64,000 nt of DNA from Octopus vulgaris (Eukaryota): NCBI GenBank assembly GCA_951406725.2, contig OX597821.1, positions 26,908,001 to 26,972,000 on the forward strand. Reading direction: 5' to 3'. Both the position numbers and the translations under genes were made by a program. Below, piece after piece: positions 1 through 12,945 of this stretch; positions within the stretch are counted from its first letter, which is position 1, and each line of letters starts with the position of its first letter. The notes under the pieces were generated by a model. The model searched no databases and had not been told where the DNA came from. It worked only from the letters and a program-made list of their open reading frames with translations.

Positions 1-346
1 ACCTACAGAATTCCGTTTTCTTTTTCGTATTTATTCTTCATATCGGCATCATTAGCTGTGTAGCAAAGACTCTCCAGTATGACAAAACGTCGTGCTTCTG
101 AGAAAATTTACTTTGAACTCCTTTATCAGTGATGTTAAAGACAGCTGATTGTTAGAAATGGCGAAGTTTAGTACCATTCTGCAAGGTACTTCTAACATAT
201 TATTTAGTTACTGCCACTCTCGTTAATCTCATTTGATGGATTCAATTCTATTAATGAACTGACAGCTTATTAGCTTTCCTGCCACATTGCAGACTCAAAT
301 AACATTTAACCATTGTCTTAAACTGCTCTCCATTTTCACACACCAT

Positions 347-513
347 TTAGCTGCGTGGTAAGAAGTTACTCACCAACCACACTGTGTGGAAGCTTGGTTA
401 TGTGTCTTCAACAATACCTCGGGCTGATCAGATCAGTGTGAGTGTATATTGTAGACGAAAACTGAAAGGAAACCGTCGTATATATATATATATATATACA
501 TGCACGCACACAC

Positions 514-565
<52 letters not shown>

Positions 566-590
566 ACACACACACACACATATATATGCG
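347..590 (+). mobile_element. Degraded 5' half of tRNA-derived SINE family 1
   Basis: GCTGCGTGGTAAGAAG...CCAACCAC...GTAGACGAAAACTGAAAGGAAACCGTCGTA followed by (TA)n/(CA)n; matches the head of the fuller copy at 36301. Confidence 0.7.
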
Positions 591-699
591 ATGGACTCTC
601 CCGACGGTTTCGACGTATGAGACTCTGACAACGTACTCTTTCTTTATCAGTCATAAAACTTTTTGCATTAAAATGTATAGGAGTGTGAGGAAAATTGGA

Positions 700-1950
700 A
701 ACCGGTGTCCTCTGCTTGACACCTCGTGTAGGGCAAGGCTGGAGGATTACTTCCGTCTTCTGTATGCTGATGGTCAGCAGAAAGCCGGTCTAGAAGTACC
801 TGAGCTTCTTCTAAGGAAGTCGCTACTAGTGCAGCATCCTCTGCAGAACGTAGCTCATGGTTGATACTGGTGCGTAAAATGTTATGTTCTGGATTTGAAA
901 TGCTGATGATTGAATAGTCCACCACTTGTTCAAATCCTGAATATAATTAACACCAATTTGTATGCCGCCAAAAGCTTACCTCAACATTACTGAGAAGAAG
1001 AATGCAAACAAAACAGGGTCCATAACACAACCTTACTTCGTGCCGTTTGTAACGACAAAAGAAGCCGAAGATTCCCCACCGGACACGACTGCAGCCTTCC
1101 TTCGCTCCTGTAAAGAGAGGATAACATTCAACATCTTGTCAGGTATACCAAGCTTTTTCAGAACCTTCCATAATGCTTGCTGGTTAACAGTTTCGAAGGC
1201 CTTGTCAACGAATGTCAACAACAGCTCTTGATTTTTCTCACGTAACTTCCCCGTGACCTGTCGAAGAGAAAAGATCATGTCGATAGTGCCACGACGAGAG
1301 TGAAATCGGCACTGCGATTCTGGATAGATATCATTTTCAACGTGTTTGATCATCCTGTAAAGAATGAGTTGAACAAGATTCTTACCAGACAGAAGCGATA
1401 TTTCACGATGACTATCACAGATACTTCTCTTTCCTTTGTAGAACACGGCCTACCATCCAAATGTTTATAAAGAATTCATACCAGTTTCTCAAAATGCTCC
1501 TGTCCACCATGCTTGTAGATATAAGGAAGGACAGCACTTTACTAGAAAAGATCTGTTTAACAGAGTTTACCACTTCCAGGGAGGGTGGCTAGAGACAGTT
1601 CCGGTATCTTAGTGTGCTGTTGAATAGATATTATGTTATCATCATTAGGGACTGAGGTGGAGTTACACGATCTTTCCATCGTTTCAGTATGTCAGATTTG
1701 TCAGTCAACAGCGTCTCTCCGTTCGATGGGAAAATAAGATTAACACCGCGCTCTTGAAGTCCATATTCATTCTTTAGCTATCATGAAAGGCTTTAGAATC
1801 CTTTCTGTTTGCAGCTTTTTGAAGTTCAGTAACCTTGAAAGACCACCAAGCCTCCTGCATCTGCTTCAGAGGATGTCGGACCTGGCCTCTGCATTTCTTA
1901 CAGGCATTCTCCTTTCTGGATGAGGTCTCATCATTTATCCATGTTTTGTG
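700..1950 (-). pseudogene. Decayed RTE-clade non-LTR retrotransposon, reverse transcriptase region
   Basis: ORF 1033..1446 has PESQCRFHSRRGTIDMIFSLRQ, TFVDKAFETV and FVVTNGTK(QG). ORF 668..925 has ELRSAEDAAL (degenerate YADD region). Frameshifted. Confidence 0.85.
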
Positions 1951-1990
1951 AGAGCTGTGCTGTTTATCTCTCAAATGTATATCTATCAAC

Positions 1991-2053
<63 letters not shown>

Positions 2054-2110
2054 TATCAACTACATCCATCCATCCATACACACACACACATATATATATA
2101 TAAGTATATC

Positions 2111-2819
2111 AAAATAATATAGGATAGAAGATAAATCATGTCAAATGGTAAGTTAAAAGGAAAGTTAAAAGGAAGAAGGAGATGTATACACTCGTTGGCA
2201 TGAACACATATATAGACGTACATACATTCACACACACTCGCTCGTGCCGCCAACGGGAAGTCATTTAATATGGTCATAAACAACCAAATCATTTAATGTG
2301 GCCATAAACAAGCAGTGCTATGCCGTGCAAGGTAAACATTAATACCGATTGTACACTGTCCTGATTAAATGTGGTTTTGTACACTGTCCTTGTAAATTGA
2401 GTTAGACGCGACGAAAATGCTTGCGTTTCAATACAGCGCTAAATATAGGTATGTGTTAGCGTAGATACTGGTGAGTTTGGTGTGTGTCAACCCACTGCCA
2501 AATAAATGGATTTGAGAGCGTTTATGCATATATACAAATACCTGTGTATATGTGAGCGTGTCTGCTGAACCCCGCTCCCCTCATCAACGCGCCGGCCTAG
2601 TCATCTGTGACTGACTGTAGAATCTGCTACGTAGTAGGGAGCCAGATACCACTTATCTACGACCATTTTGATTATTTATGACCTCATTGACTTCCCGTTG
2701 GTGGCACGAGAAAGTATGTGTGTGAGTGTGTGTAAGTCTATATGTATGTTCATGACAACGAATTTTAATTTTCAAGTTTTACCATTTGACGGGATTTATC
2801 TTCTATGTTTTATTATTTT
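2111..2819. mobile_element. Foldback/MITE-like element with ~150-180 bp imperfect inverted arms
   Basis: 2111-2290 is the reverse complement of ~2666-2819 (e.g. CTCGTGCCGCCAACGGGAAGTCA vs TGACTTCCCGTTGGTGGCACGAG). The mirrored ORFs share DFPL.AR. Confidence 0.75.
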
Positions 2820-2978
2820 AATTTATTTTATATATAGACAGACCTGTCTGCAGGTTATAACCACCATTATTTTTGCCACTAGGAGAGAGTTCAACATACC
2901 TGGAGGAACGGATTAAATAAATATATATACAAAGTTTATTGTGTTTATGCCTCCGTAATTCAGCGGTTCGGCAAAAGA

Positions 2979-3027
<49 letters not shown>

Positions 3028-3160
3028 ACATTGAGAGAAGAAAGAGATGGACGCTTCAATTCTATGCTGTTGCCGCATTATGTCGTACGCGAATGAGAGG
3101 ATTTGCATCCCCAACCAAGAATTTTTGATGTAACACATGTCCTTGTGGAAGTTGTTGTGC

Positions 3161-3238
3161 GCGGCTGAAGAAGGCCACAGACATACATTATGCATTGTTA
3201 TAAATCTCTCTAATAAAGACCCGAAACATATGTACCGC
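3161..3238 (+). ncRNA. Type-I hammerhead ribozyme motif (PLE-type)
   Basis: gcgg-CTGAAGA-[~50 nt, weakly paired helix II]-GAAAC-atat-GTA-ccgc; perfect helix I and palindromic helix III (ACATATGT). Confidence 0.7.
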
Positions 3239-3269
3239 TGAATCCTTGGCATCATCTTTTTATTTTGAT

Positions 3270-3385
<116 letters not shown>

Positions 3386-4565
3386 GTCTGGATATCTTTA
3401 AAAAAATATGTACTTGGGAAATTTGTTCGACGAAAACTCTTCTTCAAGGCAATTCTCCACCACGGTCGCCGTCGAAAGACTGAAGCAAACAAAAGGCAAA
3501 AGATTACAAAGATAAAGTTTCGAATATATCGCTTAGATTCGTAAAGTGATCTGAATAATTTTGTTTATTCTCTTCGCACACAGAACATAATTGTGATTGC
3601 CGTGACGAGTTTCGTTGTCAGTTAGCTATTCATTAAAAGATAAGTATTCGCCATCTTGCGCCTTCAAAGTGAAATTATAGCTGTCGCAGTTTGAATTAAC
3701 ACGAACCAGACTAAGCTGAAATGCCTAATGTCATTAAACAAATAATACACATTTTATGAACACCACAATGTGTATTAGAAAATACGATTGATATAATTTA
3801 AGCGGTTGTTACACACGATATGTACATATATGTATGTATCTATCAATAATATGATATAATATATAGCATAATATAATGTAATATAATATAATATATTATA
3901 GTATAATATATAATATATAGTTTAATATATACACACCCACAAACTCGCACATATGTATTTGTATGTTTATATGCATGAGTATATCTGCGTATTTCTACGT
4001 ATTTCAGTATGTGCATGTATGTGTGTCACTGCATGAGTGTGTGTGATTGTGAGTGTATGTGTGTGAGTGTATGCGCGTGTGTGTATGTGTGAGTGTGCGT
4101 GTTTCGTCAGTCCTCTTACGGTTGTTACTCAATATTTATTAAATCTTACTATTCAATCAAAAGCTAAGAATGAAATGAAAAACGTTATTGACCAAAACCT
4201 AATTATATTAATACATTTAAAAGGTAATAGTATAATATAATACAATTGTTACATGCAGTCTACAGCTATCTCTAACGAAGACGCATATTAATTCAATTTA
4301 CGTTTAGGCAAAAACGAGGAAGAATTATTCTATGCGTTGATCATATGACTATAAATGCAGGTAGTCTTTCTATATTCAGTGACCAAGCGATAGCTAATGG
4401 ACGTTAATCTTCTCTATCACGATATGATTTCAACATGGTAAACACTATCAATAGGTAAATTAACAATGAATGGATTATTAGTTTAAACGTTCGAATACAA
4501 TACATGAATGCAAATACAAAGATTTATATATATATATAATTATACACACACACACACACACACAG

Positions 4566-4651
<86 letters not shown>

Positions 4652-4902
4652 TTATATAAAATTAAATTCTTATTTATATTAGAGGGTACACGGAGCGCCA
4701 GCTTGCTAGAGAGTGGAGGTAAAAATAAACCAACTTAACCACTAATCTCAGTGCAAATATGTAACGGACCAACAGAAATTGGGGAAACTAGTGGAATTTA
4801 GCATACATACATACATACATACATACATACACGCACATACATACACACATGTATTCATACATACACATACATACATACATACATACATACACACACACAT
4901 GC

Positions 4903-4965
<63 letters not shown>

Positions 4966-5144
4966 TATGCACAAATATATAATATGTAGCGCTAAGATCC
5001 AAGGATTAAGGTGTAGGAAACAGTCCCTAGAAGGTGTTGGAAAACAACTTTCAGGAACAATATTGATTTATTTATCTAGAAGAATATAAAATTTTCCCGT
5101 ATCGAAGTTTGGTAAGCTGGAAATTTTGGATTATATATATATAT

Positions 5145-5660
5145 ATGTATTCATTATCCACAATTTTTACATTTGAAGGATATTTGTCCTAATCTTGCTT
5201 GGGTTCGCTATTTTCACCAATAATAGCCAATATATACATGGAATACACCTGGCCCCACCAGGAAGATGTCCAAGTTCTGTTAGATCATGTGAACTCAATA
5301 AAGCTATCCACGCAGTTCACAATGGAAAAAGAATAAGACAATCAACTGGCATTCCTGGAATATTATTAACAGACACCAAGTATGAATTCAGGACATCCGT
5401 ATACCGCAAGCCGACTTTCACTGGACGATACCTCAACTTCAACTCCCACCATCCATATAGTGTAAAGAGAGGGATTACTCAGTGCCTAAAACATCGAGCA
5501 AAGAATATAAGTAGCGATCGTGATACCCACTACGAAGAAATGATCAAGCTCAACAACAATCTGTTAAGCAACAACTACCCCAAAAGCATACTCTCCACTC
5601 CAATTGTGAAAGGCCTCTCCGAAAAGATACAAAAAATATGCGGCCTATATGACATCAGGC
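5145..5660 (+). pseudogene. Penelope-like element fragment (RT C-terminal/thumb region)
   Basis: FRTSVYRKPTFTGRYLNFNSHHPYSVKRGI...NNYPKS is the typical PLE post-RT motif. Truncated by a SINE at ~5661. Confidence 0.85.
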
Positions 5661-5873
5661 CAGTTTCAGTCATTTGACTGCGGCCATGCTGGAGCACCGC
5701 CTTTATTCGAGCAAATCGACCCCGGGACTTATTCTTTGTAAGCCCAGTACTTATTCTATCGGTCTCTTTTGCCGAACCGCCAAGTGACGGGGACGTAAAC
5801 ACACCAGCATCGGTTGTCAAGCAATGCTAGGGGGACAAACACAGAGACACAAACACACATACACACACACACA

Positions 5874-5951
<78 letters not shown>

Positions 5952-6121
5952 CATATATATACGACAGGCTTCTTTCAGTTTCCGTCAACCAAATCCACTC
6001 ACAAGGCATTGGTCGGCCCGGGGCTATAGCAGAAGACACTTGCCCAAGATGCCACGCAGTGGGACTGAACTCGGAACCATGTGGCTGGTTAGCAAGCTAC
6101 TTACCACACAGTCACTCCTGT
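5661..6121 (-). mobile_element. tRNA-derived SINE family 1, near full length
   Basis: Reverse complement has A/B-box-like head, CTTGGGCAAGTGTCTT, an internal (TG)n and 3' CCAGCATGGCCGCAGTCAAATGACTGAAAC. Confidence 0.9.
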
Positions 6122-6328
6122 GTAATTCAAGAGTAATACAACCCTTCGCAAATATCTCCGAGTAAAACCACTGTGTGTGTATGTATGTATGTATGTATGT
6201 ATGTATGTATGTATGTATGTATGTATGTATGTATCTATCTATCTATATATGTATATATGTATATATATGTATGTATGTATGAATGTATATATATATGTAT
6301 GTATTTATGTATACATACATAGATACAT

Positions 6329-6384
<56 letters not shown>

Positions 6385-6385
<1 letters not shown>

Positions 6386-6929
6386 ATTAATAATATCAGG
6401 GTAATAAAGATTTAGAAATTTTTACTACCAGTGTCGTAGTGTATTGAAAAATTAGTCAATAGACTATATATTATTCATATATAATACAGTGTACATTTAA
6501 ACACATTAAGAGGTTTCCACCATAGGAATCCTTTAAGCTAGAGAAAACAGCTAAAATCCAAACCATTCTGGTAGATTCGTTCGAAGAATTTGCCGGCATC
6601 TTTTTGTTGCCGACAAAAAGGACTCCGCTTGCGCGGTGGATTTGAAGAAAAATTACAAAAGTATAAGCAATGAGGCACATGCTGGATAGGCTTCGTTGTT
6701 TATATATTTAATATTTGGCGTCCTTGTTGATGAAGACTTCGCCTGGTAAATTATTTTATTTACTAAAATTATCCAGAAACCATAGTCCAGGAAAGAGATG
6801 GTAAATGTTTTTATTTTTCATTCCCGTCGAGAATTTATCCCTAATTAGTTGTGTGGACTTTAGCTGTTCTTTGCAGCGTAAAGAATTCCTGTGATGGAAA
6901 CCTCTTAATGTGTTTAAATGTACACTGTA

Positions 6930-6933
<4 letters not shown>
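6385..6933 (-). mobile_element. (TA)n-flanked inverted-repeat element with one-sided tail (probable PLE terminus)
   Basis: Arms 6483-6560 and 6854-6931 are reverse complements. The tail 6385-6482 ends in CTGGT...TTACCCT on the minus strand. Confidence 0.65.
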
Positions 6934-6990
<57 letters not shown>

Positions 6991-8110
6991 CATATACGTA
7001 CATATATGTATAACATTAGTTAAAGTGGCTTATTGGTGAGTTTTGTTCCCTTTTCACTGACGAGATGATTGCATTGTTTTACATCAGTTTTATTCCCTCC
7101 TGAATAATCTCAAAGCTCTTTTCGAAACATATGTTGGAATTATAAATGATTTGAATAAAAACTGCGTTTGACTCCATTTCTTAATTTATCAATGTTGTAG
7201 AAAACAGTTCACTTAACCCTGGATTTACTACTTTTATAAGTAAGGCGTAATATCATTGGCACTTATGCGACTTCTTGCTAGTCTGGTAACTATTTATTTT
7301 TTTCCTTGTTATTCATACAGAGTGGAAAAATATACATACATACATACACACACGCCCCAATATATATATAATATGTATATATACATATATGCCGAGTATA
7401 AATTTTGTAAAGTGAACGTGTATCATCAATCTGATATAATTATTGCCAACACTGACTTCAAGTATGTAATTTCAACTAATAACTCGGGCTCCTTTTATGG
7501 AACCTGGTCGCAGTTCATTTATTTCGTTTAGCGTTTGGCAGTCGTATTAGAGGTGACGTGTCAGAGAATATCATTTGAAGCAGACGTTCTCTCGACATCG
7601 TTCACACGCGCCTGATCAGGCTCAGAAGTTACAGCCCGAGCTGTTTATAATCGTAAAAATTAAAGTAATTGAAATTCCAATTATTTTTTATAGAAATTAG
7701 GATTTAAATTCCAATCTATGAAAAGTTTCCGTTCTACAATATTTTTAAAGGAACGAAAAATTATTCAGCAACTCCGGCTGAAACAAACGAGCTTGTTACG
7801 TGTAAAACTCACATCCCTTGTCAAGAGTACAGGCGACAGTCAGATCACTGATGTTTCTTGTGCATTCCGCTGTCGTTATTTCATTCTTTTTATTCTGTGC
7901 GTCTGTGTGTAAGGATCAGTTGTGTTTTGCAGGGCTGTTCTATTTTAAGCCTTAACTTAGAAATGGAAAAAGACATAGTGCTAGATATATAAAAAAAAGC
8001 CATTTGGGGCTAGAAATAAAGCAGAAAATGGTGAAGTTTTTCGAGCAGGCATGTAACATGCGAAATCTGTGATGAGTTCGAGTGACGCTGATGACCTGGA
8101 GTAGTCTCTG

Positions 8111-8191
<81 letters not shown>

Positions 8192-8659
8192 TACATCTTT
8201 TATATTTCACTCCGTTCTGTCTTTAGAATGAGGAATTTTTAGTCGAATGAATCCGCATTAGTTACTTGATAAAACGCATTATTTACTTTTGAATTAACGT
8301 GTAAGGGGCTGGGCATTCCAGACAAGCGTACCCTTAATGTTATTCTTAAATACACTCAGAGAAACCCATTGTGTAACAAGAATCATTTGAACTACGTGTG
8401 CAATCCACACAACGAACTTCTATGCAGATTCCAAAATATCGAGTTCAACTGTTACGGAATGAGTCAATTAAAGACTATAGAAAATTACATTTACCAAATG
8501 TAACACAGTCTTCTCTAATTAAGAAACTGGATCTATGCTATGATAAAAAAGACTACGTTAAATGTACCTAGAAACTCCAATAATCCTATAATTAACTACT
8601 ACTATAATGATAACAACCAGAACTCCATTATACCAAATAAACATAGACATAACACAATA

Positions 8660-9105
8660 GCACCACCCAATAATTGAAATTGTAATTGTAGAGAACCAAA
8701 TGCCTGTGAAGTACATAGAAATTGCAAAATGAAAGATGTTGTATACCAAGTAACTATTATTACTGAGGACTCTTCTCAATACATATACGTGGGTTGCACG
8801 AAAAATTCTCTTAAATCGAGAATTTATAATCATATATTTTCTTTTAGGGACCCTAGTAAAGACAATAACACAGGTCTATCTAAAAACAATTTAGCACCTC
8901 AAAAGAAACAATATTGATTACTCAATTTCTTGGAAAATCCTATCTTCTTCACCTTCTTACAGTTATAATGATAAAATTTGTAGGTTTTGTTTTGAAGAAA
9001 GCTATAGCATAATGAGAATGAATGGAAATTTGGTTAATACTAGGGATGAAAATTTTTTCTCATGTAAACACATGACCAAATTCCTATTTATCAATCTTAA
9101 ATAAT
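8660..9105 (+). pseudogene. Penelope-like GIY-YIG endonuclease fragment
   Basis: CNCR...C, VVYQVTI...YIYVGCTKNSLKSRIYNHIFSF...TGLSK; after a frameshift WKIL...CRFCFEE...LVNTRDE...CKH. Followed by an AT-rich 3' region to ~9950. Confidence 0.85.
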
Positions 9106-9959
9106 TCTTGACTCCCCGCTTGCTTAGATTAGTTTTTGGTATCTTTTTAAAGATATTTCTATATATTATCTTTTTCTATGGAATACGATTACTCATCACA
9201 CCCTCTTCGCATCACTATATCTTACACTATCTTGATATTCTTTTATTTAACATTTCTTTCTAACAATTGCATTACCCACCGTATATAGGACAAACACTTG
9301 ATCTATCTCTCCCTACACTTCCTTTTCTCTCAATTTGTCATTTTTTTAAAAGTATATCTTTCCTTATATAATAAATCTATAATTTTTGTATTTTATTTTA
9401 TTTTCATGTGTTCATTTAAACCCCCTCAACATACCCATTCTAACTGTTACTGGTTTATGTCACTTGTCACTTTACCTGATAATTAAATATATTTTACTGC
9501 TGATATACGCAAACATATATAGGACTTCTTGGTGGCATACATGTCTACAACCACATGTGCATATTTAGATATGGATCTTGTATGTCATCTGTATGTGCAC
9601 ATCTATTATTTACTATATTTTGCCACTAACATGTATTTTTTTATATGAACGTGTGTATCTGCATGCATACATATGTTTCGCATACACACGAATATATATA
9701 TATATATAATATCTTTTTATATGCGTGTGTTTTTGTATCTATTTTTACTTCTCTAACACTTGTTTAGGTTAACAATCCAGTAACTCTTTATACATAGTCT
9801 CCCCTAGATTAACTTAATTCCCAAGTATTAATGCAGTTTGAATATGGAGATTTAAATTCTTTGATATTGGATATTAACTGTGTAGAGTGTTCCTAGTCAA
9901 TTTAACGGACAGTCGAAATCAATAAATAGACGAAATCCTTCCACTTTTATACGAATATT

Positions 9960-10160
9960 AAAAAAGTATGGAAGAAACTGTGTGGAAAACTGTCCACTGA
10001 GGTCCATTTGCGCGGGAGCGCTGGGCAAAATGTTTATTGCATAACCATCCTTGAGACATAAGTAATATGTGTCTAAAGTTTGGTGAATATCGGTTGAGAA
10101 TTGTGGAAATGTATGCGTTAGTTTTTACATACATGTACTGTGATTTATATATATTAGGTG
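9960..10160 (+). mobile_element. Possible non-autonomous Helitron-like (Lep1/DINE-1 style) remnant
   Basis: AAGTTTGGTGAATATCGGTTGAGAATTGTGG followed by a short microsatellite-like stretch and TATATTAG; resemblance only. Confidence 0.35.
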
Positions 10161-12415
10161 AATTCCAACGTCTGTGCCGAGAAATATTATCTTTAAGATA
10201 GCGGGTTCGTGCTTGTATGTACTGATACATACAAAACTCAAATACTCGCATACACACAGAAACTACATTACGCACATACAAATAAATATGTGTGTGTATA
10301 CACACACATATGTATACATGTATGTATGTATGTATGTATGTATGTATGTATGTATATATGTATTTTTGTATATATGTATGTATATATGTATGTATGTATA
10401 TATGTATGTATGTATGTACGTACGTATGTATGTATGTATGTATGTATGTATGTATGTATGTATGTATGTATGTATGTATGTATGTATGTATGTATGTATG
10501 TATATATATATGTATATAGTTATGTATATATGCACATAGTCATAAAATAATTGAAAAATATGAAGGAAAGACATCATGTTAAATTTTTTTTTTCCAGTGA
10601 CATCAAAAATCTAATTTTCTAAAGCTACCACCATTTATTATTTGGAACATAAATTCATATAATTACTGGCTGACTCATTAAATCTATAAAAATCATCCGA
10701 TATTATTAAATATATACATAATTCGTCTTTTCTGTCCATAGTAGTGGCGGGCAATGAAAAGTCTTCTTCTCAGATTATAGTTTTAGTTTTTTTTCCCCCT
10801 CTTGAAGAGTGTATTTATGTTTGTATATTATCATATGTATTTCTATATGACTATTTTTATATATGTCTAGAAATCTGGTTACCTTATATGAATAGTGTCT
10901 GATTGTCAGCTGAAAGTTTTGGCTTTTCTCATCATAAGACTTACACTAAGTTTTGTCTGTAGAAATATAGTTCAACCAAGGTTAATGCTTATCATCAGAG
11001 ATGCTACATCTTATCTCCCAATCATTAAAGACAGTATCGTCAGTTGTTACTAGCGTGAGATTAGTAACTTGTACAACTCGTTAGTAACTCGTACAACGCT
11101 TTAGTTTATTGTTTCAGATGTCTCTCTTGTTGCAAACGGTCATAGACACCATTTCAGTGTCCTCAGTTTTGATCCAGCAAAATACTCAGGATATGGCAAC
11201 AGGGAAAATCGAATACTGGACTGGTAATCATTAAAACTACGTAAAATGGTTCAAAGTTAAAGAAACTCTTTGTTCAAGAACACAGCACGCCATATTGTCC
11301 AGGAACTGACACCAGGATTATGAATTCATCACTCAAATCACTCAGCCACGAGCCTTTCTTTATGTACAGCATCCTCGTTTTCAAAACAACTACCCACTTA
11401 AGTGCTCACTAGCCGCGATATCATTTAATATCAGTGATAAGAAGGAAAAACAATACTTTCAACCTGATAGGACTGTAATGTTTTGTCAGCATAGATTGGC
11501 TAAAACCACCGATTTTGTTTGGAATGTAGAATAATTTGACCCGTCACCACAATTTAAAAAGACACGGATTACATGAGGGGCGGAGTATTCATACATTACT
11601 TTGCGTGAGAACGAACTCTCTACAATCTGTAGGCTACAGATTTTACACCATAATCTTTCAGAGACAATGAATAAATGTACAGGATATTAAAAGTATGAGA
11701 GAACAAAAGAAAATAAACCAGTCGATTTCTCTTTGTCTTGAGCAACAATATAATATTTAATCAACAGTGATGTAGAATAATAGTAATATCATAACGAGCA
11801 AAATGCCTCAGTTTTGATTTTTGGATATCTAGCGTACGAGCCAAGTACTTTAAGTCGCTGTCACCAACTATATGACCCACCCAAGTCTGTTATCTCCGTT
11901 ATGTAATGAAAGTATAGTACAGTACAATATTAAATTACTTTCGTCTTGAATATCTTTCCTAATTATGAAGATGACTTAATATTTCAGTTTGAAATAGGAA
12001 TCAACAATGAAATAACTGTATGAATTTTAGTGACATTGCCCTATCCCAGAAAGTGACAACTAGTCAACACTAGGAATTATTGGCAGACACCGCCTTCAGG
12101 TTCTGTCACTATAGTCAAGACTGTCAGTCACATGTTATTCTCTACACTCACAGTAGATTCTAGTCTGCCAAAACGATCTACTCAAGATTTTTCAGGCATA
12201 GATCCATAGGCTCTCAAGACTAATGGATTTTTTCACAGCTACAATTGACCTATTGCTGTTTTACCGATCATTGACCTGTAGTGAAATCAGCTGTCAATCA
12301 GCTGCTAAAATTATGCGAACGAAATTTCGAACCGAATTAGTTTATGACAAAATGATTTATATAAATTTCCGAATCTGTCCGGTATAGATATTCGATTTGT
12401 GCCCGCCGGACTACA

Positions 12416-12470
<55 letters not shown>

Positions 12471-12477
<7 letters not shown>

Positions 12478-12921
12478 TAAATTAGAGATAAAACCACTAT
12501 TAGGCAAATCAAACAATGAAAAACATAAACCAAAACATAAAAATAAAAATAATTAATATAATATACAAAATATATAAAATATAAAATTTAGATAATTTAA
12601 ATTATTTAAATTTAGAATTAAAATTATTAATTTATATTTATAAATTTTTATATTATATATATATATATGAATATATAAAAATTTATAAATATAAATTAAT
12701 AATTTTAATTTTAAATTAAAAATTTAAATTATTAAAATTTTATATTTTATATATTTTGTATATTATATTAATTATTTTTATTTTTATGTTTTGGTTTATG
12801 TTTTTCATTGTTTGATTTGCCTTATAGTGGTTTTATCTCTAATTTAATTTATATTTATACTGTGAAATTAGATTTAATCCTAAATCTAATTTTTCCCTGT
12901 ATGTTTGGATTTACTCCCTAT
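12471..12921 (+). mobile_element. Family-A palindromic element with 3' tail, in (TA)n
   Basis: 12471-~12655 mirrors ~12670-12853 (AGAGATAAAACCACTAT.AGGCAAATCAAACAATGAAAAAC). The unpaired tail ends TTTCCCTGTATGTTTGGATTTACTCCCT. Confidence 0.8.
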
Positions 12922-12945
12922 TATATATATATATATATATATATA

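Noticed and set aside
598-655. Possible minus-strand hammerhead (CTGATAA...GAAACCGTC)
   Set aside because: The core is mutated and helix I does not pair convincingly.
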